Shown one piece after another: positions 19,114 to 28,604 of a stretch of 41,486 bases of DNA. Source of the DNA: Candidatus Velthaea sp. (GTDB lineage: Bacteria > Vulcanimicrobiota > Vulcanimicrobiia > Vulcanimicrobiales > Vulcanimicrobiaceae). Location of the stretch: positions 1 through 41,486 of the forward strand of contig CBDCCS010000027.1 in assembly GCA_965214935.1 (NCBI GenBank). Direction: 5' to 3'. A model generated the notes under the pieces. It was not told where the DNA came from, made no database searches, and saw only the letters and a list, made by a program, of their open reading frames with translations. Each line of letters starts with the position of its first letter. Positions within the stretch are counted from its first letter, which is position 1. Position numbers and translations under genes: made by a program.

Positions 19114-21276
19114 GTGGCGAAGCCACTTATCATCGTCGAGTCGCCGACGAAAGCTAGAACCATCAAGAAATTCTTACCCGCGCGTTTTGTTGTGAAAGCG
19201 TCGGTCGGTCACGTTCGCGACCTGCCGAAGTCCACACTCGGCGTCAATGTCGAGGACGGCTCGTTTGCGCCCAAGTACCTGACGATAAAAGGTAAGGGCG
19301 ACATTATCAAAGAGCTTAAGGCGGCAGCCAAGGGCGCAAGCGATGTCTATCTTGCAACCGACCCCGATCGCGAAGGTGAAGCGATTGCGTGGCATCTTGC
19401 CGAGATCCTCAAACTCGAGAATCCCAAGCGTATCGAATTGCATGAGATCACCAAAGACGCCGCTCTCGCCGCCATAAAAGATCCGCACTCGATCGACATG
19501 CCGCGCGTGAACGCGCAGCAAGCGCGCCGGATTTTAGACCGGCTCGTCGGCTATAAGATTTCACCGCTGCTGTGGGCCAAAGTTCGTGGCGGCTTATCGG
19601 CCGGCCGCGTGCAGTCGGTTGCCGTACGTCTCATCGTCGATCGTGAACGAGAGATTCAAGCCTTTATCCCGCGCGAATACTGGTCGATTACCGCACTACT
19701 CGCTTCGCATGGAAACCCAATCGTTTTTCCCGCCGAACTGCACGCAATCGCCGGCGAGCGAGCCGACGTAACGAACGAAGCACAGGCGCTCGCAATCGTC
19801 GCAGCGGTTCAGGACGCGGCTTTCCGCATCGCTTCGATCAAGCAACGCGAGCAGCGCCGCAATCCGGCAGCGCCGTTTACCACCTCGACTTTGCAGCAAG
19901 AAGCGTCGCGCAAACTTAAGTTTCGCGTACGCAAGACTATGCAGCTGGCCCAATCGCTGTATGAGGGCGTCGACCTCGGCGGAAGCGACGGCACTCAAGG
20001 GCTCATCACCTATATGCGGACCGACTCGACGCGCATCGCTGACTCAGCGCGCGACGCTGCCCGCGAGTACATTGATTCGGCCTTTGGTTCCGAATTTTAC
20101 GGCGGCTCACGAACGCATAAGTTGCGCGAAGGCGCTCAGGACGCGCATGAAGCGATCCGGCCGACGTTCATCAACCGGCCGCCGAGTTCACTCGGCAGCA
20201 TCCTCAAACGCGACGAGTTGCGTCTGTATGCACTCATTTGGGAACGCTTCGTCGCATCGCAGATGGCGGCCGCCGTCTACGATCAGACAACGGTCGATAT
20301 TGCGGCCGGTATCTACCTGTTTCGGGCCAGCGGCAGCGTTTTAAAATTCGCCGGCTTTACCGCGGTCTATGAAGAAGGCCAAGACGATGCCCCGGACAAG
20401 ACGGCTGCCGGTGTAAACGGCAAAGCGCCGAAAGCCCGGCCGATCTTGCCGAAACTCACGCAGGACGAGACGCTCGATACGCAATCCGTCGAACCCAAGC
20501 AGCATTTTACCGAGCCGCCCCCGCGTTTCTCCGAAGCGTCGCTCGTTAAAGCGCTCGAAGAAAACCGCATCGGCCGCCCGTCGACGTACTCGGCGATCGT
20601 CGAGACGATACAAGCACGCGGCTACGTCGAACAGATCGACCGCCGCTTTCATCCGACGGACATCGGCTTTTCGGTAAACGATTTACTCGCCGAACATTTC
20701 AAAGATATCGTGGATCTTGCGTTTACCGCTTCAATGGAAGCAAAGCTCGACAACGTTGCCGACGGTGGTGGCGACTGGATCAAAGTCCTCGCCGATTTCT
20801 ACGGTCCGTTTGCCGCCGAACTAGCGCTCGCTGAAGAAAAGCTGCCGAAGTTCGAGCAGCGTGACGAACCGACCGACGAAATCTGTCCGAACTGCGAGCG
20901 TGCAATGGTCATCAAGACCGGCCGCTTCGGTAAGTTCATTTCGTGCACGGGTTACCCGGAGTGCAAGACGACGCGCCCGATCCTCAAAGACAGCGGCGCC
21001 ATCTGTCCTAAAGACGGCGGGATGATTGCCGAGCGCAAATCGCGCAAAGGCCGCATTTTTTTCGGCTGCGCAAATTACCCGAAGTGCGATTTCGTTTCAT
21101 GGGATCGGGTGATTCCCCAGCCGTGTCCGGTGTGCGGCGATTACGTTACGACCAAAATCGTCCGCGGTGGCGCCGTGACGTTCGCTTGTCACACCGATAA
21201 GACGCACGACGTGTCGATGTTCGGCGGCGCCGGTGCCGGCGCCGCGGATGAAGATCTCGAGCCCGTCGGTGTCTGA
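19114..21276 (+). CDS. topA: DNA topoisomerase I (type IA) with C-terminal Zn ribbons
   Basis: IVESPTK, DPDREGE, SAGRVQS, LITYMRTDS (catalytic Tyr), AHEAIRP, GRPSTY, CxxC ribbons. GGGGGAG RBS before GTG 19114. Confidence 0.98.
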   Translation: MAKPLIIVESPTKARTIKKFLPARFVVKASVGHVRDLPKSTLGVNVEDGSFAPKYLTIKGKGDIIKELKAAAKGASDVYLATDPDREGEAIAWHLAEILKLENPKRIELHEITKDAALAAIKDPHSIDMPRVNAQQARRILDRLVGYKISPLLWAKVRGGLSAGRVQSVAVRLIVDREREIQAFIPREYWSITALLASHGNPIVFPAELHAIAGERADVTNEAQALAIVAAVQDAAFRIASIKQREQRRNPAAPFTTSTLQQEASRKLKFRVRKTMQLAQSLYEGVDLGGSDGTQGLITYMRTDSTRIADSARDAAREYIDSAFGSEFYGGSRTHKLREGAQDAHEAIRPTFINRPPSSLGSILKRDELRLYALIWERFVASQMAAAVYDQTTVDIAAGIYLFRASGSVLKFAGFTAVYEEGQDDAPDKTAAGVNGKAPKARPILPKLTQDETLDTQSVEPKQHFTEPPPRFSEASLVKALEENRIGRPSTYSAIVETIQARGYVEQIDRRFHPTDIGFSVNDLLAEHFKDIVDLAFTASMEAKLDNVADGGGDWIKVLADFYGPFAAELALAEEKLPKFEQRDEPTDEICPNCERAMVIKTGRFGKFISCTGYPECKTTRPILKDSGAICPKDGGMIAERKSRKGRIFFGCANYPKCDFVSWDRVIPQPCPVCGDYVTTKIVRGGAVTFACHTDKTHDVSMFGGAGAGAADEDLEPVGV

Positions 21277-22651
21277 TGAGCAGCCGTTGCGTATCATCGG
21301 CGGCGGTCTGGCGGGTTGCGAAGCGGCTTGGCAAGCCGCGCAAACCGGCGTGCGCGTCGTCCTGTCCGAGATGCGGCCGCACAAGCGCGGACCGGCTCAT
21401 GAAACCGGGATGCTCGCCGAACTCGTCTGCTCGAATTCAATGCGCGGCGCGGCGCTCGAAAATGCGGTCGGTTTGCTCAAAGAAGAGTTGGCGCGCTGCG
21501 ATTCGCTTATCATTGCGTGTGCGCGCGAGGCGGCGGTGCCGGCCGGCGGCGCGCTCGCGGTCGACCGAGCGAAGTTCGGCGCACTCGTCGAGTCGCGCTT
21601 AGCGGCACATCCGAACGTCACGATCGAGCGTACCGAAGTAACGGCACTGCCGGCAGCGGGCCACGCCATCGTTGCGTGCGGACCGCTGCCTTCCGATGCG
21701 CTCGCTGCGGCAATCGACGCGCTTGTGGGCGGCGGCCGGCTGCACTATTACGACGCCGCTGCGCCGATCGTTGCCCTTGATTCGATCGACACGTCGGTCA
21801 TGTATCGTAAGTCGCGTTACGACAAAGGCCCGGGCGACGACTATCTCAACATACCGCTCGACGGCCCGACGTATCGCCAATTCGTCGCAGATCTGCGCAC
21901 CTTGCCCAAGCACGAACCCAAAGAATTCGAGCTCGATGCGGCAGCCGGCAAAGTTCCGTACTTCGAGGGTTGTTTACCGATCGAGGAGATGGCGCGTCGC
22001 GGTGAAGATGCATTGCGTTTCGGACCGCTCAAGCCGGTCGGCTTGCGCGATCCGCAAACCGGCAAAACGCCGTATGCCGTCGTGCAATTGCGGGCCGAGA
22101 ACGCTGCCGGCAGCGCGCTGAATCTCGTCGGCTTTCAAACGCGCTTGAGCTGGCCTGCCCAACGTGAAGCATTCAGCAAGTTGCCCGGCTTAGCAAACGC
22201 CGAATGGCTACGGCTGGGCGTCATGCATCGCAACACGTTCATCGATTCGCCGCGCGTACTCGATCGCGATCTGCGTCTGCGCAGCAATGCGCGCTTTTTC
22301 TTCGCCGGGCAGATAACGGGTGCCGAAGGATATGTCGAAGCCGCCGCGTGCGGTTTGATTGCCGGTATCGCCGCCGGACGCGAACTTGCCGGCTTGCCGC
22401 ATCTCGACGTTCCGGCCGATACGGCACTCGGCGCGGTTTTAGCTCACCTCGAAAACATTGTAACTGCTGATTTTCAACCGGCGAACGTAAGTTGGACGTT
22501 CTTTAGCGCGCCGGTCGCCAGCGCGAAAATTGATAAACGCGAGAAACGCCGGCTGCTTGCCGCGCGTGCGCTCGAGCGTATCGACACGTTTGCCGCGGCA
22601 CTCGGCCGGCCGCCTGCGCGAGCCGAAACTTCGGCTGTTGCGCGCGGGTAG
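21269..22651 (+). CDS. trmFO: Folate/FAD-dependent tRNA (uracil-5-)-methyltransferase TrmFO
   Basis: IIGGGLAGCEAA, AELVCSNS, VPAGGALAVDR, YFEGCLP, VGFQT, HRNTF, FAGQITGAEGY. Confidence 0.96.
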   Translation: MSDEQPLRIIGGGLAGCEAAWQAAQTGVRVVLSEMRPHKRGPAHETGMLAELVCSNSMRGAALENAVGLLKEELARCDSLIIACAREAAVPAGGALAVDRAKFGALVESRLAAHPNVTIERTEVTALPAAGHAIVACGPLPSDALAAAIDALVGGGRLHYYDAAAPIVALDSIDTSVMYRKSRYDKGPGDDYLNIPLDGPTYRQFVADLRTLPKHEPKEFELDAAAGKVPYFEGCLPIEEMARRGEDALRFGPLKPVGLRDPQTGKTPYAVVQLRAENAAGSALNLVGFQTRLSWPAQREAFSKLPGLANAEWLRLGVMHRNTFIDSPRVLDRDLRLRSNARFFFAGQITGAEGYVEAAACGLIAGIAAGRELAGLPHLDVPADTALGAVLAHLENIVTADFQPANVSWTFFSAPVASAKIDKREKRRLLAARALERIDTFAAALGRPPARAETSAVARG

Positions 22652-22691
22652 CACCGCTGCATGACGATCCGGACGTTGGGCGAGGTTTGCT

Positions 22692-23231
22692 ATTAAAACA
22701 CGGATCCGGTCGACCACTATTTGCGCCGTTCGCCGCGACGGTACGCTCGCAATGGCCGGTGACGGTCAAGTCACGTTCGACAAATTCGTGATGAAGCACA
22801 GCGCGCGAAAAGTTCGGCGCATCGCCGGCGGCAGCGTGTTGTGTGGTTTTGCTGGCTCGGCTGCCGACGGCATTACGCTGCTCGAAAAATTCGAGAGCAA
22901 GCTTGGGGAATACAAGGGGAACATCTTGCGCGGTGCGGTCGAATTGGCGAAAGACTGGCGGCAAGACCGTGCCTTGCGCCGGCTCGAAGCACTGCTCATC
23001 GTCGGCAATGCCGAGCACCTAATGGTCATTAGCGGCAACGGCGACGTCATCGAGCCCGATGAGGGTATTGCGGCAATCGGCAGTGGGGGTCCCTACGCCC
23101 AAGCAGCGGCAACCGCGTTGCTGCACCACTCTGCGCTCGATGCCCAGACGATCGCTCGGGAGGCGCTGCACATCGCCTCGAAGATCGACATCTACACGAA
23201 CGACGACATCATCGTCGAGGTTGCTTCATGA
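22692..23231 (+). CDS. hslV: ATP-dependent protease peptidase subunit HslV (probable ATT start)
   Basis: In-frame [17 protein letters not shown] lies upstream of the track's ATG (22752) and contains the catalytic Thr. Also AGDGQVT, GFAGS, LRRLEA, AIGSGG. Confidence 0.95.
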   Translation: MKTRIRSTTICAVRRDGTLAMAGDGQVTFDKFVMKHSARKVRRIAGGSVLCGFAGSAADGITLLEKFESKLGEYKGNILRGAVELAKDWRQDRALRRLEALLIVGNAEHLMVISGNGDVIEPDEGIAAIGSGGPYAQAAATALLHHSALDAQTIAREALHIASKIDIYTNDDIIVEVAS

Positions 23232-24679
23232 CCGTATCGACACCGATTGCCGAATTGACACCACGCGAGATCGTTGCGGAACTCGATCGCTACATTGTTG
23301 GCCAGGCGAAAGCAAAACGCGCGGTCGCGATCGCGTTACGCAACCGCTTCCGACGCGATAAGCTGCCGGCCGATCTCAAAGCCGATATCATTCCGAAAAA
23401 CATTTTGATGATCGGCCCGACCGGAGTCGGAAAGACGGAGATCGCGCGCCGGCTCGCAAATCTTGCCGGCGCGCCGTTCATCAAAGTTGAAGCGACGAAA
23501 TATACCGAAGTCGGCTATGTCGGCCGGGACGTCGAGTCGATGGTTCGTGATTTAGCTGAGGCAGCGATTCGGATGGTGCGCGACGAGCGCACGGCCGATG
23601 TCGTCGAGGCCGCGGACGCCGCCGCCGTCGAGCGCGTCATCGATTTGCTGCATCCCGAGACGCGTCCGCCGGCGCAGGCCCAAGCCAATCCGTTTGCCGC
23701 GACGCTTGGTTCGATCTTCGGCAATAGTTTTTCGAGCGGGCAAAATGCGCCGCAAGCAGCGCCGCCGGCCGCGGCGCAAACGACTTCGTCCGACGAAACG
23801 CAGCGCGTTCGCGAGGGTACGCGCGCCGACGTGCTGCGCGGCTTTTACGATGTACGGCTGGTCGAGATTGAAGTTGAAGAAGCCCAAGCGCTGCCGATCG
23901 GTGTAATCGGCGGCGACATGAACGCGCCCGGCGGTGGCGGCGATCTCGGCGAAATGCTGGGCGGTTTGATGCCCAAACGCAAAGCCAAGAAGCGCGTAAC
24001 GGTGGCTGAAGCGCGCCGCATCTTCGCCACCGAAGAAGAAGGCAAACTCATCGACATGGACGCCGTTAAGCGCGAAGCGTTGCGGCGCGCCGGCGAGCAC
24101 GGCATCATCTTCATCGACGAGATTGACAAAGTCGCCGGTTCGCAAGGCAGCCGCGGCCCGGACGTTTCGCGTGAAGGCGTGCAGCGCGACATCCTGCCGA
24201 TCGTCGAAGGGTCGACGGTCAACACCAAACACGGTCAGCTTAAGACCGATCACATTCTGTTCATTGCAGCCGGCGCGTTTCACATGAGCAAGCCGTCCGA
24301 TTTGATCCCTGAATTGCAGGGCCGCTTTCCGATCCGGGTCGAGCTGGAATCCTTGACTGCAGCCGACTTTGAGACAATTCTGACCCAGCCGAAAAACGCG
24401 CTCATTTCACAGTACAAAGCGCTGCTCGGCACCGAAAACGTGCAACTCGAGTTTTCCGTCGATGCGATTGCCGAGATCGCTCGCATCGCGATGCAGGTCA
24501 ACGATCAAACCGAAAATATCGGTGCGCGCCGGCTGCACACCGTGCTCGAAAAATTGCTCGAAGATGTCGCCTTCGATGCGCCGGAAACGACCGGCAGCGT
24601 ACCGATCGACGCCGCGTACGTTCGGGGCAAACTCGAGGCGATCGCCGGCAACACCGATCTGTCGAATTTTATCTTGTAG
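23228..24679 (+). CDS. hslU: ATP-dependent protease ATPase subunit HslU
   Basis: [55 protein letters not shown] overlap with hslV. Confidence 0.98.
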   Translation: MTVSTPIAELTPREIVAELDRYIVGQAKAKRAVAIALRNRFRRDKLPADLKADIIPKNILMIGPTGVGKTEIARRLANLAGAPFIKVEATKYTEVGYVGRDVESMVRDLAEAAIRMVRDERTADVVEAADAAAVERVIDLLHPETRPPAQAQANPFAATLGSIFGNSFSSGQNAPQAAPPAAAQTTSSDETQRVREGTRADVLRGFYDVRLVEIEVEEAQALPIGVIGGDMNAPGGGGDLGEMLGGLMPKRKAKKRVTVAEARRIFATEEEGKLIDMDAVKREALRRAGEHGIIFIDEIDKVAGSQGSRGPDVSREGVQRDILPIVEGSTVNTKHGQLKTDHILFIAAGAFHMSKPSDLIPELQGRFPIRVELESLTAADFETILTQPKNALISQYKALLGTENVQLEFSVDAIAEIARIAMQVNDQTENIGARRLHTVLEKLLEDVAFDAPETTGSVPIDAAYVRGKLEAIAGNTDLSNFIL

Positions 24680-24727
24680 CCGGCGGCCGGCAACCGGCAT
24701 TCCGCCGCCCGGGTTGAAGTACTCGTC

Positions 24728-25300
24728 ATGGCCTATCTGCGAACGATCTTGACGGATAACCATCCCACGCTGCGAAAAATAGCCAAGCGCGTGGATACGG
24801 CGGAAATCATGGATCCACTGTTTCAGCAACTCGTGGACGACATGTTCGAGACCCAGTACGCTGCGCCGGGCATCGGGCTCGCCGCTCCGCAAGTCGGCGT
24901 TTCGAAGCGCGTCTTTACTGTCGATCTGCAGGATAAAGACGATGAAAACGACGGCCCGCTCGTCGTGATCAATCCGAAGTTTACGTTGACCGAGGGCGAG
25001 GTCGAGGCGCTCGAAGGCTGCTTGTCCGTGCCGGGTTACGTCGGTGAGGTCACCCGTTTCGAGCATGTCGTTTGCACCGGGCTCGATCGGTTCGGCAAGA
25101 AGCTCTCGCTCGACGCGCATGGCTGGTTCGCGCGGGTTTTGCAGCACGAGATGGACCATCTCGACGGGATCATTTATGTCGATAAAGCTAAGAACGTCCG
25201 GCCTGCCGCAACCGAAGAAGAGAAAGCCGAAGCCGCCAAGGCGGCCGCCGAAGTTGCGGCGACCGAACGCCTCAACGCCGAAACCGCGCTGACGCACTGA
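24728..25300 (+). CDS. def: Peptide deformylase
   Basis: GIGLAAPQVG, EGCLS, QHEMDHL. Confidence 0.97.
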   Translation: MAYLRTILTDNHPTLRKIAKRVDTAEIMDPLFQQLVDDMFETQYAAPGIGLAAPQVGVSKRVFTVDLQDKDDENDGPLVVINPKFTLTEGEVEALEGCLSVPGYVGEVTRFEHVVCTGLDRFGKKLSLDAHGWFARVLQHEMDHLDGIIYVDKAKNVRPAATEEEKAEAAKAAAEVAATERLNAETALTH

Positions 25301-26208
25301 AAAGCGTCTTTTTCGGAACCAGTGACTTTGCGGTCCCTGCGTTGCGGCGAGTCGCGACGCTGAGTGAGATCGTGGCAGTGGTGACGCAGCCGGATCGGCC
25401 CGCCGGCCGGGGGCACAAGCTGACGCCAAGTCCGATCAAAGTCGCCGCGCTCGAACTAGGAGCGCCGATTTTTATGCCGCTGCGCTTGAAGCCGTTCGCC
25501 CTCGATCTGCAAAAGCTGTCGCCGGATATTCTGGTGGTCGCTTCGTTCGGACGCATTCTGCCGCAGGCGATCCTCGACGTTCCGCGCAGCGGACTCGCGT
25601 TCAACGTGCATCCAAGCCGCTTGCCCCTTTATCGCGGAGCGACGCCGCTGCAATCGGCGTTGCGCGATGGCCGAACGCAAACCGGCGTTTCGATAATCGC
25701 AATGGACGCCGGCATGGACACCGGCGACATCCTCGTCGCCGAGCAGATCGCGATTGGGGCCGGCGAAACCTACGGCGAACTGCACGACCGGCTGGCATTA
25801 CGCGGCGCGGAACTTCTCGGCACGGCGATCGAACGGCTGACCTCCGGCGCGTTAGAGCGTACGCCGCAAGATCGGCTCGGCATCGAGCCGGGCGAGATCG
25901 CCGCGACGTTGACCCGGCCGCTCGACAAAGCGGACCTCGAAGTAGATTGGACGTGGCCGGCCGCTCGGATCGTCAATGCCGTTCGCGCGTTGGCGCCGCA
26001 GCCCGCAGCACGCGCCGTCATCGGCGGCGAACGGGTCAAGCTGCTAGCAGCGCGGGCAGCACGTCGTGATGAGGTCGGTATGACGGATGATGGTGGATTT
26101 GTCGAGCAGGCCGGCGACGGTGACGGGGTCGTCGTCCTGCGGGTCACGCCGCCCAACCGTGCGGCAATGACCGGCGCGGCGTACCGTTCCATGCAGGCGG
26201 CGGTATGA
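25297..26208 (+). CDS. fmt: Methionyl-tRNA formyltransferase (probable CTG start)
   Basis: Conserved N-terminus (M)KSVFFGTSDFAVPAL lies upstream of the first TTG; VVTQPDRPAGRG, NVHPSRLPLYRGATP, MDAGMDTGDI. Confidence 0.96.
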   Translation: MKSVFFGTSDFAVPALRRVATLSEIVAVVTQPDRPAGRGHKLTPSPIKVAALELGAPIFMPLRLKPFALDLQKLSPDILVVASFGRILPQAILDVPRSGLAFNVHPSRLPLYRGATPLQSALRDGRTQTGVSIIAMDAGMDTGDILVAEQIAIGAGETYGELHDRLALRGAELLGTAIERLTSGALERTPQDRLGIEPGEIAATLTRPLDKADLEVDWTWPAARIVNAVRALAPQPAARAVIGGERVKLLAARAARRDEVGMTDDGGFVEQAGDGDGVVVLRVTPPNRAAMTGAAYRSMQAAV

Positions 26209-27551
26209 GCGTTGCCGTCTCGAAGCGGCCGGTAGACTCGCGCGAAGTCGCGCTGCAAGTCGTACGCGACGTCTTCGGCGACCATCCGCGCGGTGCGCGC
26301 GAATCGCTCGACTATCGCACCCGAGCCGCCGCATTCGAGAACCGCGACCGCGGATTCGCCACCGAACTTGCGTACGGATCGATCAAAATGCGACGCTGGC
26401 TCGATTTTCAGCTGGCGCCGTTTTTAGGCGCTCGCGCGAGCACGCTGCCGAAGCCCATCGCGGAGATCCTCCGCCTGGGCGTCTATCAATTACGCTGTAT
26501 GAACGGAGTGGAAGCCTATGCTGCCGTTTCCGAGAGCGTCGGCTTGGCACGGCGATACGGTCACAAGGGAACGGCAGGGCTCGTCAACGCGGTGCTTCGC
26601 CGGCTGGCCGAACAGCCGGTGCGCGAAGCGCTCGGCGACGACGACGACGCGCTGGCGATTCGCGCTTCGCTGCCGACTTGGATCGTTGCGCATTGGCGCA
26701 ACCGCTTCGGCTCGGCACTGCTGCCCGCGATACTGGCCGGCATCAACGAGCCCGCCGCAATCGGCTTGAGCGTCAACCTGCAGCGCTCGTCTCAGGCCGA
26801 GGTTCTTGCCGTGTTGGGCGCAGCAGGCATTCCCGCCGCGGCGTCGCCGTTCGCCCGCGACGCCGTCGTTATCAGCGGACACGCGCCATCCTCGGCGCTC
26901 GAAGAATTAGCCGGCGGACGTTGGGACATGCACGCCGAGGCCGCCGGTTTTCCCGTCGACCTGCTCGATCCGCAACCCGGCGACGCCATTTTCGAGGCGT
27001 GTAGCGGACGCGGCAATAAAAGCGTTCAGATCGTAGCGCGGACCGGCGGTGCCGGCAGTTTCGAGTCGATCGATCTCGACGAACGGCGTGTCGCTCGCGC
27101 GCGCGAGCGCTTGATCGCCGCCGGCTGTGGTGACACGGCGCTCAATATCACCGGCGACGTCACGGTCGCGGGCGGCCCGGACGATCGCGACCGGGTCCTT
27201 GTCGACGCACCATGTTCGGGTCTCGGCATTCTCGGCCGGCAACCCGAAGCGCGCTGGCGCAAGGATCCCGCCGACGGCGCACGGCTTGCTCCGGTGCAAC
27301 TGGCGATCCTTCGCGCGGCCGCGCTCCGGTTAAAAGCGAGTGGGACGCTGGTTTACGCGGTTTGCTCGACGGATGGACGTGAAAGCGAGGATGTCGTCGG
27401 TTCTTTTCTGGCGGACCGGCCGGATTTCACCCGTGCTCCGGTTGCCGAGCGCTATGCCCCGTTTCTCACAGCCGCGGGCGACGTCCGCACCGCGCCCGGC
27501 ATTGACGGACGGGATGGCTTCTACATCGCGCTGCTGCGGCGTTCGGCCTGA
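26205..27551 (+). CDS. rsmB: 16S rRNA m5C967 methyltransferase RsmB/Sun
   Basis: NusB-like N-terminus (ELAYG, ILRLGVYQL, GLVNAVLRR), VLVDAPCSGLG, VYAVCS, DGFYIA; follows def-fmt. Confidence 0.92.
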   Translation: MSVAVSKRPVDSREVALQVVRDVFGDHPRGARESLDYRTRAAAFENRDRGFATELAYGSIKMRRWLDFQLAPFLGARASTLPKPIAEILRLGVYQLRCMNGVEAYAAVSESVGLARRYGHKGTAGLVNAVLRRLAEQPVREALGDDDDALAIRASLPTWIVAHWRNRFGSALLPAILAGINEPAAIGLSVNLQRSSQAEVLAVLGAAGIPAAASPFARDAVVISGHAPSSALEELAGGRWDMHAEAAGFPVDLLDPQPGDAIFEACSGRGNKSVQIVARTGGAGSFESIDLDERRVARARERLIAAGCGDTALNITGDVTVAGGPDDRDRVLVDAPCSGLGILGRQPEARWRKDPADGARLAPVQLAILRAAALRLKASGTLVYAVCSTDGRESEDVVGSFLADRPDFTRAPVAERYAPFLTAAGDVRTAPGIDGRDGFYIALLRRSA

Positions 27552-28195
27552 ACCCGCTCGCGCGCATCGAGCGCGTTTGTGCGCGCTTTGTCGAGGAGAC
27601 GTTCGCACGCATTTTTCCCGGCGAGCTCGAACCGGCTCAGGTGGGCCGGAAACTCGTTGCGGTCATGCACGGCGCCGCCGGCGACCTGTTTCTCGTTCGC
27701 GTGCATCCGGCCGATTACGGACGCTTTGAGAGCGATCGCGATCTGCTCGAAGCGCGCTGGAGTGCGCTCTTGCACGAGGCGCAACCGCCGGGGCGACGCA
27801 TCGAGCGCGTTCGCGCAGTGCTGCACGAAGATTCCGCCGTCGTCGCCGGCTCGGTAATCATCGAAGTCGTTCGCGAGGAAGCGCCGCACATCCTAAACGA
27901 AGCCGACGTTGCTCCGCTAGAATTCGTTGTCGATTGGTGCGCCGGGCGAGCCCCGATTCGCGCCGGCTTGCGGCTCGGGCGGGCAGCCGATAATGACGTC
28001 GTTCTGCCGGACCGCCGAGTTTCGCGCTACCATGCGCGGATCGTCGCCGTGCCGGGCGGACTTGCCGTTGAAGATCTCGGATCGGTGAACGGCACGTTTG
28101 TCGGCGCCTTGCCGGCAACGAGCGAACCGCTCGAAGCCGGAACGATCGTGACGCTGGGGGATACGCAGCTCCGCATCGAGCGCAATGCCCGCTGA
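27548..28195 (+). CDS. FhaA-like protein: DUF3662-type N-terminus plus C-terminal FHA domain (probable CTG start)
   Basis: (M)NPLARIERVCARFVEETFARIFPGELEPAQVGRKL resembles the FhaA N-terminal helix; FHA motifs LGR, VSRYHA, DLGSVNGT. Confidence 0.85.
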   Translation: MNPLARIERVCARFVEETFARIFPGELEPAQVGRKLVAVMHGAAGDLFLVRVHPADYGRFESDRDLLEARWSALLHEAQPPGRRIERVRAVLHEDSAVVAGSVIIEVVREEAPHILNEADVAPLEFVVDWCAGRAPIRAGLRLGRAADNDVVLPDRRVSRYHARIVAVPGGLAVEDLGSVNGTFVGALPATSEPLEAGTIVTLGDTQLRIERNAR

Positions 28196-28604
28196 TCCGC
28201 GCCTAGCGACGTTGGGAATATCGTTCGGCGTGCTGGCGTTCGTGGCGCTCGTTCGCAATCGGCCCGGCCCGCTGCCGGCCGCCGCCCTCGACGTTGAGGT
28301 TCCGACCGGCATCGAGTTAGTCGTGAAGTTCGGGGGAATAATCGAAGTGCGGCGCTTCGCGCGACGCGTTCTCATTGGGCGGGCTCCGCGAGCGGATCTT
28401 CGGCTCGACGATCCGCAAGTCAGCCGCTTGCATGCCCGCATTGAAATGCGCGATGATGGTGTGCATGTTGCCGACCTCGGCAGCCGCAATGGGACATCGG
28501 TGGATGGTGTGCTTCTCACCGGAAGTCGCCGTCTCCGAACGGACGAAGAAATAGCAATCGGGGCAGCATCCATCATTTTTCGAGGGGTCGGGGCATGGAG
28601 ATAG
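28185..28604 (+). CDS. FhaB-like membrane-anchored FHA domain protein
   Basis: N-terminal hydrophobic helix; IGR, VSRLHA, DLGSRNGT. Confidence 0.88.
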   Translation: MPADPRLATLGISFGVLAFVALVRNRPGPLPAAALDVEVPTGIELVVKFGGIIEVRRFARRVLIGRAPRADLRLDDPQVSRLHARIEMRDDGVHVADLGSRNGTSVDGVLLTGSRRLRTDEEIAIGAASIIFRGVGAWR

